This document shows positions 12,846 through 25,767 of a stretch of 64,000 nucleotides of DNA, piece after piece. Position 1 is the first letter of the stretch. Each line of letters starts with the position of its first letter. A model generated the notes under the pieces. That model saw nothing but the letters and a program-made list of their open reading frames with translations. It was not told the DNA's origin and searched no databases. Source of the DNA: Auanema rhodensis (lineage: Eukaryota > Animalia > Nematoda); NCBI GenBank assembly GCA_964057225.1, contig OZ059896.1, positions 14,446,001-14,510,000 of the forward strand, read 5' to 3'. Position numbers and translations under genes: made by a program.

Positions 12846-13968
12846 CTAATAGTCAACTTTGTATTGAACATTTGTATTTACACTATGAACTGCAGTTGAG
12901 AAAGACCGCAGTTGGACCTGCAACAGAGAAATTTAATAGAAAAATAGATGTGACTCCTAACCTGCTCACTATTCTTAATCAGACATGCCCCACTCTCGGT
13001 CCAATCCTCTGGAGCTTCAGTTTGTTTACCCGTATAAATTAGTACATCGAATGAACACAATTCTTCCAAAAGAGGTAAGAAAGTGACAGACGCAGTTATT
13101 TGTCTTAAACAATACATTTTATTCACAGAAACTTGGACAGTTTTAAGGACAATAGGAATGTGTATATGGTTTATAGGACGACTCATTACACCATCTGTAT
13201 ACGGTTCGATAGATGTATAAGAGCCCTATTACTAATGGATGTCACAAAAAAGGAATCATAATTAGATAAATGATATTAGAATGTTCTAGCATGTATAATC
13301 AAAATGTAAAACATGGATTATAACTAACCTGATTACATCCGACATTTCTTGTCGAATCTTCTTCTCATCTTTATGTCGTACAGAGTTTTCCCTAAATCGA
13401 ATTATTCAACACTCAAACAACTAATCGAATAAGCATATAGTATCAATTGCTCTTTAACTATTTTAGGTCACATCTGTTATGAAAAAAATGATCATACCCG
13501 TCCTCATTAAGATCTTCAGTCTCGATATTGAACTCCCATCGCTCTATAACTTCTTTACTTTTTATTTCGGAAATAACAACAACGAGACGTTTTAATTGCT
13601 TCTTTGAAAGCCAGTCTTCAATGCGACACTCCATATTATGTCAATGAAAATTAAACATACATTCAACTTGCTTTAATAGAGGTTCTAGGAACGTATGCAA
13701 TTTTGGATCATTGGTCACAAGTAATGTTAGTCCATACTTCTTTTCTCGTTTGAAAGAATCACCGGGATAGATACCTCTTTGATAAAGGATATTGTTAATG
13801 CCATAATCTGGAAAAACAATCAATCTGACAAAGCTTACACTAATACTGCAAAGGGTTTAGAAAAGATTAAAAACGAAGATATAAAAAGCAAATCTTACGG
13901 AAAAATTCTTGTACAAGCTGTGCTGACCCTTTGAGTGAAATAGATCCTTTTGTCTTTGTGTCCGTCAT
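12846..13968 (-). CDS. mdf-2: MAD2 spindle checkpoint HORMA protein (spliced)
   Basis: ISLKGSAQLVQEFF-YGINNILYQRGIYP, ERWEFNIE, IRQITASVTFLPLL, FDVLIYT, VQLRSFSTAVHSVNTNVQYK. Confidence 0.95.
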
Positions 13969-14197
13969 TTTTAGAAACAAAACTAACTCAAAATAAGTTG
14001 GAATTAAGCTATTTAGAGTTAGAATTTTGAATTACTTGATTTTGGCGGGTTACCATACTTTTCTTTGAAATTGAAAATTAGCAATAGAGCAACTTTCATT
14101 TTGGGTACAATTTTTTATTTTCTTCTTCTTTCTTTCTCTAAAATTCCATTAAAATTTTATAGTTATAATTAATTTTCATCTAAAAATATTTTTTCAG

Positions 14198-16472
14198 ATG
14201 ACAGCTAGTAGTGACTTAGCTATTGCAGTTTACGGGTTTTTACCTAGAGTTAAGCTTGTTGAACAAGCTGGGTTATCCTATGAAGTTAGTGAAGTCAGGG
14301 ATAAACTAACTCTCAAAAAAAATACTTTACCTATTTTTAAATCAAATATAGAAGCTAATTCTAATGAGCAAGATGAGGTAAGTTGCTTATTGTTTTTTAT
14401 ATATTTACATTTTTATATAGGAGGATGCTGATAGATCCAAGTTGTATGATCCCGAAAATGAGAAGTATTGGAAGTACTTAACAAAGTTGAACCCAAATGA
14501 TACAAAAAACCAAGATCATTACAAGGTTCTGGGTTTATCCAAATTGAGATGGAAGGCTACTATGGGTGATATTAGAACTTGTTGTAAGTATTAGGCTGAT
14601 TGTTACCTTTCTTGAATTATTTAATATTTAGATCGTAGGAAAGTGTTGAAACATCATCCAGATAAAAAGAAGCACAGAGGTGAAACTCTGCCGAATGGTT
14701 CCGAAGAATACTTCACTTGTATCACAAAGGTACTCATAATGCTTCTCTTTTTTTTTAAACGAGCTATTCAGGCTTATGAGCAATTAGGTATGTCGGAATC
14801 CAAACGATTAGCTTACGATTCTGTTGATCACAAGTTTGATGATTCTATTCCAAATGAGAAAACTATTAATAAGGACAACTTCTTCAAAGAACTTACTTCT
14901 ATCTTTGAAATGAACTCTCGGTTTGATAAATTTTATCAGGATTGTATGATGATTATTTTATCAAGATGGTCATCAAGAAAGCCTGTGCCTTTACTTGGAA
15001 AAGTCGATGCTTCACGCGAATCTGTAATCGAATTTTACAACTTTTGGTTCGACTTTCAATCATGGAGAGAGTTCTCCTATTTAGATGAAGAGGATAAGGA
15101 GAGGGGAGAAGATCGTTATGAAAGACGAGAAATGGAAAAAATGAATAAGGTCATAATTCGTATCATTTCTGTTTTGAATTGAGTATTTAAGGCTGAACGT
15201 GAGAGAAGAAGAAAAGAGGAAGTTAAACGAATCAGGAAATTGGTAGATATGGCTTATGCTAAGGATCCAAGAGTTGCTCGTATTAAGAGAGAAGACCAGG
15301 AGGTTATTTATGAAATAGTTATGTTGCTTAAGCTAAATTTATTTCTTAGGCCAAGGACAAAGCTAGAGAAGAAAAGCAAAGAGCTCAACGTGAAAAGCAA
15401 GAGGCTATTGAACGAGAAAAGAGAGAGAAGGAAGAAGCTGAAAAAAAGCAAAAGGAAGAAGAAGCGAAACGGTTGAAAGAAGAGAAGGTATTATATTTTA
15501 GTAAAGTTGTTTCATAATATATATTTAGGAGAAAGAGAAGAAAGAGAGAGACATTTTGAAAAAAGCTGCTGCTGCTCAGAGAAGACGTTTAAAGAAGTTA
15601 GCTGATGAAGCCGGACATTGGACAGAAGTTCCAGCTTTGAAACTTCAAGAAATGGAAAGAATCGAACGAGTTAGATTTTATACTTAGAACAGCTTTATTC
15701 GTCTCTAAAATTGCAGGTTTGCCTTACTCTTGGCACTGATGCCTTGTCCAATTTATGTGATAGCATCGAAAATTTGAGCATTGCTGATGATATTCGTGCT
15801 GCCATTGAAGATGCGGAGGTTAGTATTTTTCGAATATTTAGTTGAATCCTTATTTAAGGACAATCATAAGAACTCTAACAAGAAAACCAATATTGTCAAA
15901 ACTGAAGAGAAAACTAAGGACGCAGAGAAAATTGTTTCATGGAGCAATGAAGAGATTCAGTTATTAGTGAAGGTCGATTTTGAAGATTATAAATATAGTT
16001 TATTCTTATAAGTTTAGGCTTCAAATACTTTCCCTGCCGGTACTGTTGATCGTTGGATTCAAATCGCAGATTACATTAATGAACATAGAAAAGATAAAAG
16101 TCTACCTCCCAAAAACGAGAAACAAGTCATCAAGCAAGTAAGTAACATAGATATTATTCAAGATTATAAATTTGTTTAAGTGCAAAGCTGTTCAAGGAAT
16201 GTCGGTTAAGCTGCCTACAACCACTCAAAATACATTAGGAACTGCTTTACCAGATGAGGATACATGGTCTCCAGAAGAACAAAAGCTTTTGGAAGCTGCG
16301 TTAAAGAAGTTCCCTTCTTCTGATCCTGAGAGATTTGATAAGGTAAGTTCTATTGTGTGTATGTAATTAATATAGCATCTTTCAGATATCCACTGAAGTA
16401 GGTACAAAAAGTAAAAAGGCTTGCATACGTCGAGTCAAATATTTAGTTCAAATGATAAAAAACAAGAAATAA
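14198..16472 (+). CDS. dnj-11: DNAJC2/MPP11/zuotin (J domain plus SANT domains; spliced)
   Basis: [47 protein letters not shown] repeats [12 protein letters not shown] and [14 protein letters not shown]. Confidence 0.95.
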
Positions 16473-17094
16473 AAAGTTGTCCTGTTCTTTAATCGTTTCA
16501 TTAAAAGCGTTGTTGAATCTTCTAAGAATCTTCACACTATTCTCAATAGTCATATTGTTTTGCTTTATTCCATTCATAAGCTCTGTGGTTGAAGAGGTTA
16601 CCTGCCGTTCGCGCATGTGTCAGAATTGTCGGTGACTGTTTTATGATATTTTACTATTTTGTTAGGAATATTGTTGTTGATTGTTAAATTGTTATGCCAT
16701 TTTGATTGTTTTCTTTTTCAAGTGAAAAGTTTTACAAACATTCTTTTTTTAATCCTGGAATCTGGATAGAAACATAAATGGATGGTAATCATGCTGTGAA
16801 TTTGCAAGCTAGAGACAATTTAACACAGTAAGATTAACTATTACAACAAAAACGAGCTAATTTGTATTCGAAACTTGTTAATTTATGCTTTTAAATTAGG
16901 CGGTTAGAGGATGAGATCTTTATCGTAAAATATTCGAATCCAAGCGAATCTTACCACATGAGAATCTATTTACTATTTATTTCATTCGTTGGATGATTGT
17001 TTTTGAACTTTCTTTTATGCATGAAATTGTGTCTTTCATATGTTGTTCATTCTAAGAATCACTTGCTTATTGTTCTCCTAAATTCTTTCCAGGT

Positions 17095-18494
17095 ATGTGG
17101 TGTGCAAATTTGAATAAAAACATCACCCATTTTCAAATCAATATCCGTAGATATAAAGTAACTATAATCACTGCTGTTATTACTTCTTTTATTATTGTCT
17201 TTATTGGTGCCTTGTTGACTATTCAACAAAGCCTAGAACGCCTCAAACAAGTAGAAATATCATCTTGGGAAGATCCACGAACTTTAGAATATACTGAACG
17301 TGTTCGAGATAATATGCGACGAATTCTAAGTACTCCATGTAAGTTTTTAAATAAAATGCCCATGTATAGTGTAATAATTGTTAAGCAGCTCTAAGCAGTG
17401 ATTACCGGCCATTTAAAATAAGTAGTGACGCATTCAAGGTACGATGCATAAATTTTGCAAAACATTCATCATTTTAATTCTCCAAAATAGGCATTATATA
17501 ACTACTTTCCATATAAATCAAATACCCTTTTGCTTAAGATTGTTCCTCATTTGAAGTTATCATATTGTGTAAATCCCAAAGTGATGTCCACAGTTCTTAC
17601 AAACAGTATGTGCTATTTGTATAATCGCGAACGATTTCTTGCTTCAAAAACAGATATCGCAACCGGTTGGTGGACTAATAGGTCAGTTTTCAATAACTTT
17701 CATAATCTTAAACAAATTCCTGAGGTCATCAAAATCATTTACAGAACCTGCGAGAACCTTAATGAGCCTTGGACTTACAATGACTTGAAAAACCGATTGG
17801 GTAATGACCATACTAACTTGGCCGTGGTGCGTGAACCTCTAGACAGATTCGTGAGTGGTTATATCAATAAATGTGTTGAGTAAGTGGAAAGTGATTTTTA
17901 TTTTCAATTAGAATACCTTTAAGAGAGCCTTTTATAACATACAAAGAATGTTTCGATTGTATTAATGGCGATATATACTGTGTTCTTGAAAAATTGAAGA
18001 AATTATTGAAAAAAGCACCCGTAGATGGATATCCAGATACAAATCCATATAACTACGAGCTTGCACATTTCGCTCCACAAACATGGTATATGAAACTATA
18101 TATTTAAATTCGTAAGACTAAACACTGGTTCAGGGTATGTCACCTCAGAAACGTTTTCAAGCAAACATATTTCGTGAAGTATTCTTCTGAAGATGGTAAA
18201 CAACATATGGTTGATGAACTCTCTTCCATTCTTCACCGGGTTAACACCCGTTATGAAGATATCCAATATATTAGAAACGCCATGTCATGTAATGTTTCAT
18301 AAAAAATATTCTATAAAACAACTTATTTTCCAGCTACCAAAAAAACGTGGCATTCTACTACAACTATTCCACAGAAAGAATTATTATTCCAAGTGATTAA
18401 ATCAAATCGAACGCTATTCAATGAATTGATTGATATTTATAAATATGACTTTGAGGCTTTTGAATTTAATGTTCCAGAAATCAAAAGCTGGTAG
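17095..18494 (+). CDS. Golgi type II sulfotransferase, Sulfotransfer_2 family, paralog A (intact motifs)
   Basis: N-terminal TM; 5'-PSB-like SYCVNPKVMST; 3'-PB-like VVREPLDRFVSGY; HFAPQTW; C-terminal YKYDFEAFEF. Confidence 0.85.
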
Positions 18495-18784
18495 TTCCCA
18501 ACAACAATTTAATTTTTATTGTAAAATCTTTATTATACATATTGTTCAGTTGTTAATATTAAATTGCAGAAATATTAATATATCATTACAGAGTTCAAAA
18601 CATTTCTATGAGCGTTGTAGTTCAATTAGTTGCCCATTTACGAAAAAAATCATTACCGTTCTTATGTTGAAGTGAATTAGAAAACTGTAAAAAGAAAAGC
18701 GCTATTTCAATTTACTACATTAACAGCTCAAACATCTGACCTACTGGAAATAATTAGTGTTATTGTCTTTAACTGGATCAAACC

Positions 18785-19072
18785 CACAAAGGCACTGATA
18801 GCTTCATCAATCCGAAAAAATCAAACTCTTTTGAGTATGCTAAATGAAATTTATCACGTAGATTATGCTATATTTGGCTATTCTCCTCCCACATAAAAAA
18901 ACCATGTTCTGTTAAATGTTTTTCGTGTTCTTTAAAGATTTGGGAAATTCATTAGCAATTTCTAATATACAAATCCAGTTGATGATCTACTTTCCTAGTA
19001 TATTTCAAGATTAGTTTGAGATAATAATAAACATATTACAAGTTTTCTTTTTTTTTTAAAGAAATAATCAAA
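18785..19072 (+). pseudogene. Inverted copy of the 3' end and flank of sulfotransferase paralog B
   Basis: Reverse complement of 21083-21370. Confidence 0.85.
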
Positions 19073-19278
19073 AAGCGCGTACGTGTTTGAAATTTTACCA
19101 TTTTCTTCATTCCACTTATTCAGAATAGTTCTATAATTATGGCTACGCTATAGTTTTTAAATTTTTTTTCTACGCTTTGTTTGCGCATCTAAAGAGAGAA
19201 GCAAACTACATTCTGAAAGAGAAAAGAACCAAAAAAACTTTTTTAAGCTTTTGAAAAAAGGTTATTTAGCCAAACCAA

Positions 19279-19603
19279 ACGCACCCGTAGATCAAAAACC
19301 TAGGAATGCTTCATGTAACTACGTGAATGCACATTTCGCTCCACAAACGTGGTATATGAAATTATATATTTAAATTCGTAACACTTAAGTAAATCCAGAA
19401 AGAGAATTATTATTCCAAGTGATTAAATCAAATCGAACGCTATTCAATGAATTGATTGATATTTATAAATATGACTTTGAGGCTTTTGAATTTAATGTTC
19501 CAGAAATCGAAAGCTGGTAGTTCCCAACAACAATTTAATTTTTATTGTAAAATCTTTATTATACATATTGTTCAGTTGTTAATATTAAATTGCAGAAATA
19601 TTA
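19279..19603 (+). pseudogene. Fragmentary relic of sulfotransferase paralog A 3' exons
   Basis: 19279-19381 is a diverged copy of ~18015-18114 (HFAPQTW exon end). ~19403-19603 is a near-identical direct repeat of ~18378-18577. Confidence 0.8.
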
Positions 19604-19616
19604 TCTGTTCGAGACT

Positions 19617-19955
19617 TTTTTGCGCAACATTTCATCTTAAAAGTTAATTATTGTTTTTACAATATTTTCAGAGACTTAAATGCTTAGAAGCTCAATTATA
19701 TGTTGTTAACTTTAGATAAGTAATTCAGCATGATTAGCATATTTCATTTTACGTGAAAATTTTCACGTTTCGTTCATCACCTACCGCACTTTTGCTTTAT
19801 GATACCTATATACGACTTATTGAATACGTGATTTTCACGTGATTTTCATGTGATTTTCACGTGATTTTTAAAATACATGAGATTTTAAAATTAAATAGAA
19901 ACTATTCGCTAACTTTTTTTTCTCCCGCGTATCTGATTTTTAGATATATTTCATT
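19617..19955. repeat. ~340-360 bp module with 18-bp palindrome and 11-bp E-box minisatellite (copy 1)
   Basis: Direct repeat of 24765-25125 lacking two 11-bp units; inverted copy at 27379-27739. Confidence 0.9.
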
Positions 19956-20189
19956 AGGAGTTTACATAAAAGCATTTACGTAAATTAAAAAAACATGTTA
20001 CATTATTCTTTTTCTCAAAATTCTTCATGTTATTTTGACGAGAGCAAGAAAAACATGAGTTTTCTTCTTCTTCCATTTATCTGATTTTAAGTTGATCGTA
20101 TAATATTATTGGTTAAAAAAGTCTTTACGTTATTATTTCAAAATCAACAGATTTAAAAAAATATTGAGATATTTTTTATTTAAAACTGA

Positions 20190-21026
20190 CTATAATAGGA
20201 ATAACTCAGGAGCATCGTTAGATGGTATTGGATATTCGAATATAGCATAATCACTTGCGTATATATTTAAAAGCATATTAAATAACGTCTGGTTTGTTCT
20301 GATTTCATTCATAAAATCTAATTTACCACTGGTTCTTAATTGTCTATAGGTATAGCTCCAAGTATTTTCTCGAGCTGGAAGCAGAATAGAATAATAGATT
20401 AATTGCTAGTGCAACATCTTACATTGCATTTCTGTACTAATGTACTTGAGCTTCCATCGCTCGACTCCCAAAAAATCCAAAATTGACAGAATTCTTTTCA
20501 TTGATATCTCATTTGCTGATTCACTTTCAGTGTTATATTGGATAAAGTATGTTCGATCGTATATGTTGCGAATATTACAAAACCTGTAAATGATATAATT
20601 ACATTTGACGTAGAGTTCACGTGAATGATAATTCATTTCCTTGTAGTGATATATCTATACGGTTGTTTATGAGTTGAGTTAACTTTATAAATTAATTGTA
20701 AACAATACCATGTATACGGAGCCATGTGTGAAAGTTCATAAGCAAAATTTTAAGCACAATGAGCAAGCTTGTAATCATTGGCTATCTATATATAAAGTTG
20801 AAAAGTTATTATCCAGCTGTTGACTTACTCTAAATGACTCGGTGAAGTTAGAGAAAAGTGGAATTTTCTTATTTCTGAGTTCTAAAACAACACACGTACA
20901 ATGCTAATTTATAAAATAAATTTACCTGAGTCAGCAAGAGCTTTTTTAAAGTTTTTACGAACTCTGTGTGTGAAATTTAAAACATCTGTAATATCGCCAG
21001 GGCTTGATGGGTAGACTAATATATAA
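20190..21026 (-). pseudogene. Deleted inverted copy (D') of sulfotransferase paralog D
   Basis: 19617-20747 is the reverse complement of 26587-27739, and 20751-21026 of 25842-26117. The 469 bp 26118-26586 and the start codon region are missing. Confidence 0.88.
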
Positions 21027-21258
21027 CGAAAATATAAGATAATTTTGTAGTACCTGACGTGTAGCCGATATCTCTTCTACTCTTTGATTATTTCTTTAAA
21101 AAAAAAAGAAAACTTGTAATATGTTTATTATTATCTCAAACTAATCTTGAAATATACTAGGAAAGTAGATCATCAACTGGATTTGTATATTAGAAATTGC
21201 TAATGAATTTCCCAAATCTTTAAAGAACACGAAAAACATTTAACAGAACATGGTTTTT

Positions 21259-22570
21259 TTATGTGGGAGGAGAATAGCCAAATATAGCATAATCTACGTG
21301 ATAAATTTCATTTAGCATACTCAAAAGAGTTTGATTTTTTCGGATTGATGAAGCTATCAGTGCCTTTGTGCGTAGTACATCAGTAGAATGTTTCCACGTA
21401 ATTTCGTCTGAATTTCATTTGAGAAAAATAACAAGCTACGGGACTTACTCTTTAGAGATTTTGCAACAAAGGCAGTTTTTTTCAAAGGAATATTCATATA
21501 ACGCAAAAAAGTAGCAATTTTTTGAGCCATAATTAATCTATCTTCACCCAACACACCATGCTTTATAAAGAATGCATTGTTATATAGACTATCCATTTTA
21601 CAAAACCTAAACAGTCAAAATTTATATTTTTCTTTCCTTCTTTTTTTGAATATACAACATAAAGACAAACTGAGCACGTACCAAGTGATCGGAGCAAACT
21701 GAGATATCTCGTACTTGTATCGTTCAGGAACGATTTCTCTCGTATAATCTTTTCTTAATGCTTCTGATAGTCTTTCTATAGTACATTGGTAATCACTTTT
21801 TGAGCAATCGAAACATGTGGCATTACGAATATCACTTCCACTATAAATAACATAAATGGTTTATAATATATGTAGACTACACTTTTTAAATGAATATGCT
21901 AAAGATGTTATTTTTATACTCACGCAATGCATTTTGTTACGAAATTGCTGAGAAAACGTTCCAATGGGTCCCGAACAACTATTAAACTTTTGAAGTTGAA
22001 GTTCTCGAAAACTTTTTCCAAATCCGAATAATTTCGATACTCATTTCGACGTCGACATGGCCTGAAACACTGAATATACAAGGACAATGAATTGCGCTTA
22101 CCTTACAGACATCCACTCCGATGCTGTACTTGGTTGGTTTTCAAAGTATTCATCAGAATCGTATAAATAGCATATCAAACTTCTCATGATACTTGACATA
22201 ACTTCGGGAATAGCACAATATGCTAATTTATATTCAGGGACAACCTTATAATAATTTTTAAATTACTCCAAAAAAAAAACAAGTACTTGGAATTCTTGAA
22301 AAATAGCTTGGAATGGGGGAACTGCTGCCTTCATTTTGCCTGTTGAAAATATTTTAAAGAGAAACTCATAAATTTTTCACCTGGATCACTTCTAACATTG
22401 TAAATATTTTTTCTAACTTCTTGTGTGTAGTCAAAAATTTCGCGTAAAACAACGCTTTCTTCACGATTAGAGAAATAATGTAAAATTCCATATAATATAC
22501 CGATATAAATTAAAACATGGGGCAGGTAATTAATCCAAAATTTTTTTTGAATAAAGAATAGAAGACTCAT
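21259..22570 (-). CDS. Sulfotransfer_2 family paralog B (spliced)
   Basis: TM N-terminus, LAYCAIPEVMSS, VVRDPLERFLSNF, FAPITW, DYAIFGYSPPT*. Confidence 0.82.
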
Positions 22571-22957
22571 GATGATAGGCAAATCTAGAAACACTGCCAA
22601 CGAAATAGAAGAGTTCGAAAGTCAAACAGCACAAAATAGTTTTAATGAACAAAAACTGAACCTTTCTCTTGAAAATACCATCAATGTATGAAATTCACGT
22701 TCTAAAAGTCTTTGCTACGTTTGCTGATTTTAATCACACTCCGGTATTGGTGTTTCAAGATGATGTTTGCCCCATCTTTAAAACTATCGAAATCTGCGAA
22801 AGATCTGCGTAACAGCAACCTTTCAATCTTTTAAAATGCATTTCAATTGTCTCATAAAATATTGTTCAATTTTAACAATATTCATATGTATAATAAAATC
22901 ATTGTTCACATGCTAACAAATACAATACTAAAAAATGCACATAATTTGCTTCAAGAA

Positions 22958-25125
22958 AGTGAAGAAATAAGAATGCTTATATAATGTTATTAAAAATTTC
23001 TTCCAAATATTTAGGTCCAGATAAGGTAAAATTAAACGTAAGCAGATCGTACTTGTATATACTCCTAAGAGTTTCTTCTACAACTGAATCGGAAAGTTGC
23101 TGTTGTATGTTGTATTTGATGTAGAGTTCTTTAGCGGTACTCGCTATTTGGTCAGTTATATTTTCATCTAAATGAGTAAATAATTATAATAACGGTCTTT
23201 TCAACAGTACATACTCTTTAAATAATCAACGATAACACCTGATAGACTAGTCGGCAAATTTCTCTGAAAGTACTTGGTCAGTTTGTTTATCATTGGCATT
23301 CTCTCTTGAGGTGAAATTCCATATCGCACAAAGTATAGATTTGGACTTTGAGCAACTAATAGACAATTCCTATAATGAGTTGAGAACCTAACTAGAACAC
23401 TTTAAAGAGTTAATACCAGACTTGAGGATAAAATTTAGTTAAATCGTTCAAACCAACTGTTGTCATTGGATCACTTGTTACAGGATTAGAAATATTTTTC
23501 TTAAGATTTTCAACAAAACATCCAAGATTTCCTTTGGGGCAGCCAAAGCATATAGAATTAGTTGTTGCTCTATAAAGCATATACCGTTTGAAAAATCATT
23601 AGTAAATAGAGATGATACTGTAGACAATGTGTAGAATAAGCCAAAAAAAATCGGAGAAATGGTTCTGTGTACACCACTAAACTGTTAAAAACATTGCTCT
23701 GGAAATGCTTAGCAACATCTTCAATACGATAAAACTCATTAAGATTTTTGCATTTTCTAAAATTATCAAATAGAGTTTTTTATAAACTAGTTAAACCTGT
23801 TTTTATTATAATTTACTTCTCCTTTCAACATTTGCTCATTATACTGAGTAGCATCATACAAATAACAAAAGCCCGCTTCTAGTACATACTCATAAGTTCC
23901 ATGTATAATGCAATATGATATTTGAAGTTCAGCAGAAGCCTGAAGTGATTAATTCTTATTAGTTAAGAATGCTAAATTTTCATACTCTATAGTATTGAGA
24001 ACGATTTTGATATGGAGCATATGGAAATGTTTTGATATCTTATAACAAATTTCATTGAAGGGCTTTTTTATACATATAACAGTACCTGCTGTTAGCAAAA
24101 CTTCCTGAATGTTTTGCTCAATTTCCTTTTTAGTTCGAATATTTTCTATCGATAACAATTGAAACATTAATATAAACAAAACACAAAACAATAGACAATA
24201 GACTCCATACTGCTTGCGAAAACTACTCAGTGATACTGGAAAGTGATCCGAGCGATCCAGCTTAGAATATCTAGCGCAAGTTACCATAATCTGTAGATGA
24301 TATTGTCTCAAAGTTAAACAAATTTGTATAGAAATTTTCAAAAATTGCAACGGGTAGCAACAGCAGGCCACAACTCAATGGCACGGACAAACTTCAGGGA
24401 AAGTAATATGGAAATCGACTGGAAATAAAGAAAGAAAACTATGCAAGTAACGAATTCATAAGATTTAGATGAATATCCTAAACTTGTAATTAATACATTG
24501 TTTAACCTCATTTCTCTTTGATTTTTAGCCGATCGTAATATCTACACTAACCATTCAATGTTATACAATTATAAAAATATGGTTGAATAATTATCAAATG
24601 CATATTCAGTGAGCTGTTGTTCATAATCATCTTTGAGAAGGAAACAGAATAATTTTGTATCTATCACAGCTTCAGTTTCTTTTTGAGAATACTGAAGAGC
24701 TGACTACATATATCATAGTTTGAATATACCAACATTCTGTTAGAGGCCGTTGGGATATGGGAAGTTTTTGCGCAACATTTCATCTTAAAAGTTAATTATT
24801 GTTTTTACAATATTTTCAGAGACTTAAATGCTTAGAAGCTCAATTATATGTTGTTAACTTTAGATAAGTAATTCAGCATGATTAGCATATTTCATTTTAC
24901 GTGAAAATTTTCACGTTTCGTTCATCACCTACCGCACTTTTGCTTTATGATACCTATATCCGACTTATTGAATACGTGATTTTCACGTGATTTTCATGTG
25001 ATTTTCACGTGATTTTCATGTCATTTTCGCGTGATTTTTAAAATACATGAGATTTTAAAATTAAATAGAAACTATTCGCTAACTTTTTTTTCTCCCGCGT
25101 ATCTGATTTTTAGATATATTTCATT
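22958..25125. repeat. Left arm of a 2168-bp inverted duplication
   Basis: Reverse complement of 27379-29546. Coordinate sums are constant (52504) at both ends and at internal ORFs. Confidence 0.95.
22977..24287 (-). CDS. Divergent Sulfotransfer_2-like paralog C (spliced)
   Basis: TM N-terminus; ISYCIIHGTYEYVLEAGFCYLY, VVYTEPFLRFFLAY, FYPQVW and YKYDLLTFNF align to paralog A motifs. Confidence 0.75.
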
Positions 25126-25767
25126 CTGTGACTACACGAAGACGGTGTTGATCTCTAAAAATAAGCCGAGAATCCATTATGTATCTTCCAAACTTTCTCT
25201 TTCAAAGTCGCTCAAATTGAAAAAGAAAGCTTCATTTCAGCTTATACATGTTTTACATACAAGTTCTTAATTATAAATCTATATACCAGCTTTCCATTTC
25301 TGGAACATTAAATTCAAAAGCCTCAAAGTCTTATATTTATAAATCAGTGTTCTATTTCTTTTAATCATTAGCAAATTCTTTGTTTGAAATTGCTACAGGG
25401 ACCTTCCAGTTGTCAAAAATGAGTCATTTGACAAAATAAAATTAAAAAATAGGTCAAAAATTTGTTTTTTTTCTCTTAGATCAGGATTAAGTTCTTTAAT
25501 ATTTTTCGCAACTCTTATGATTTCCTTCACTAGTAATTGCTAATTGACATATCCTTTCGATGAACTACTTTCCGTTCTTTGATTTGTAAAATTTTAGATT
25601 AGTTTTAGATAATAATAAACACATTACAAGTTTTCTTTTTCTCAAAAAAATTCAAAGAAGACATCAAAAACGCTTTCGTGGCTGCTATATAGTTCTCTAG
25701 CAAAACATCTAACATTGAACGTGCAATCAGCTTCTTTTAAATATTCCGATCTCTAAACTTCTTAATT

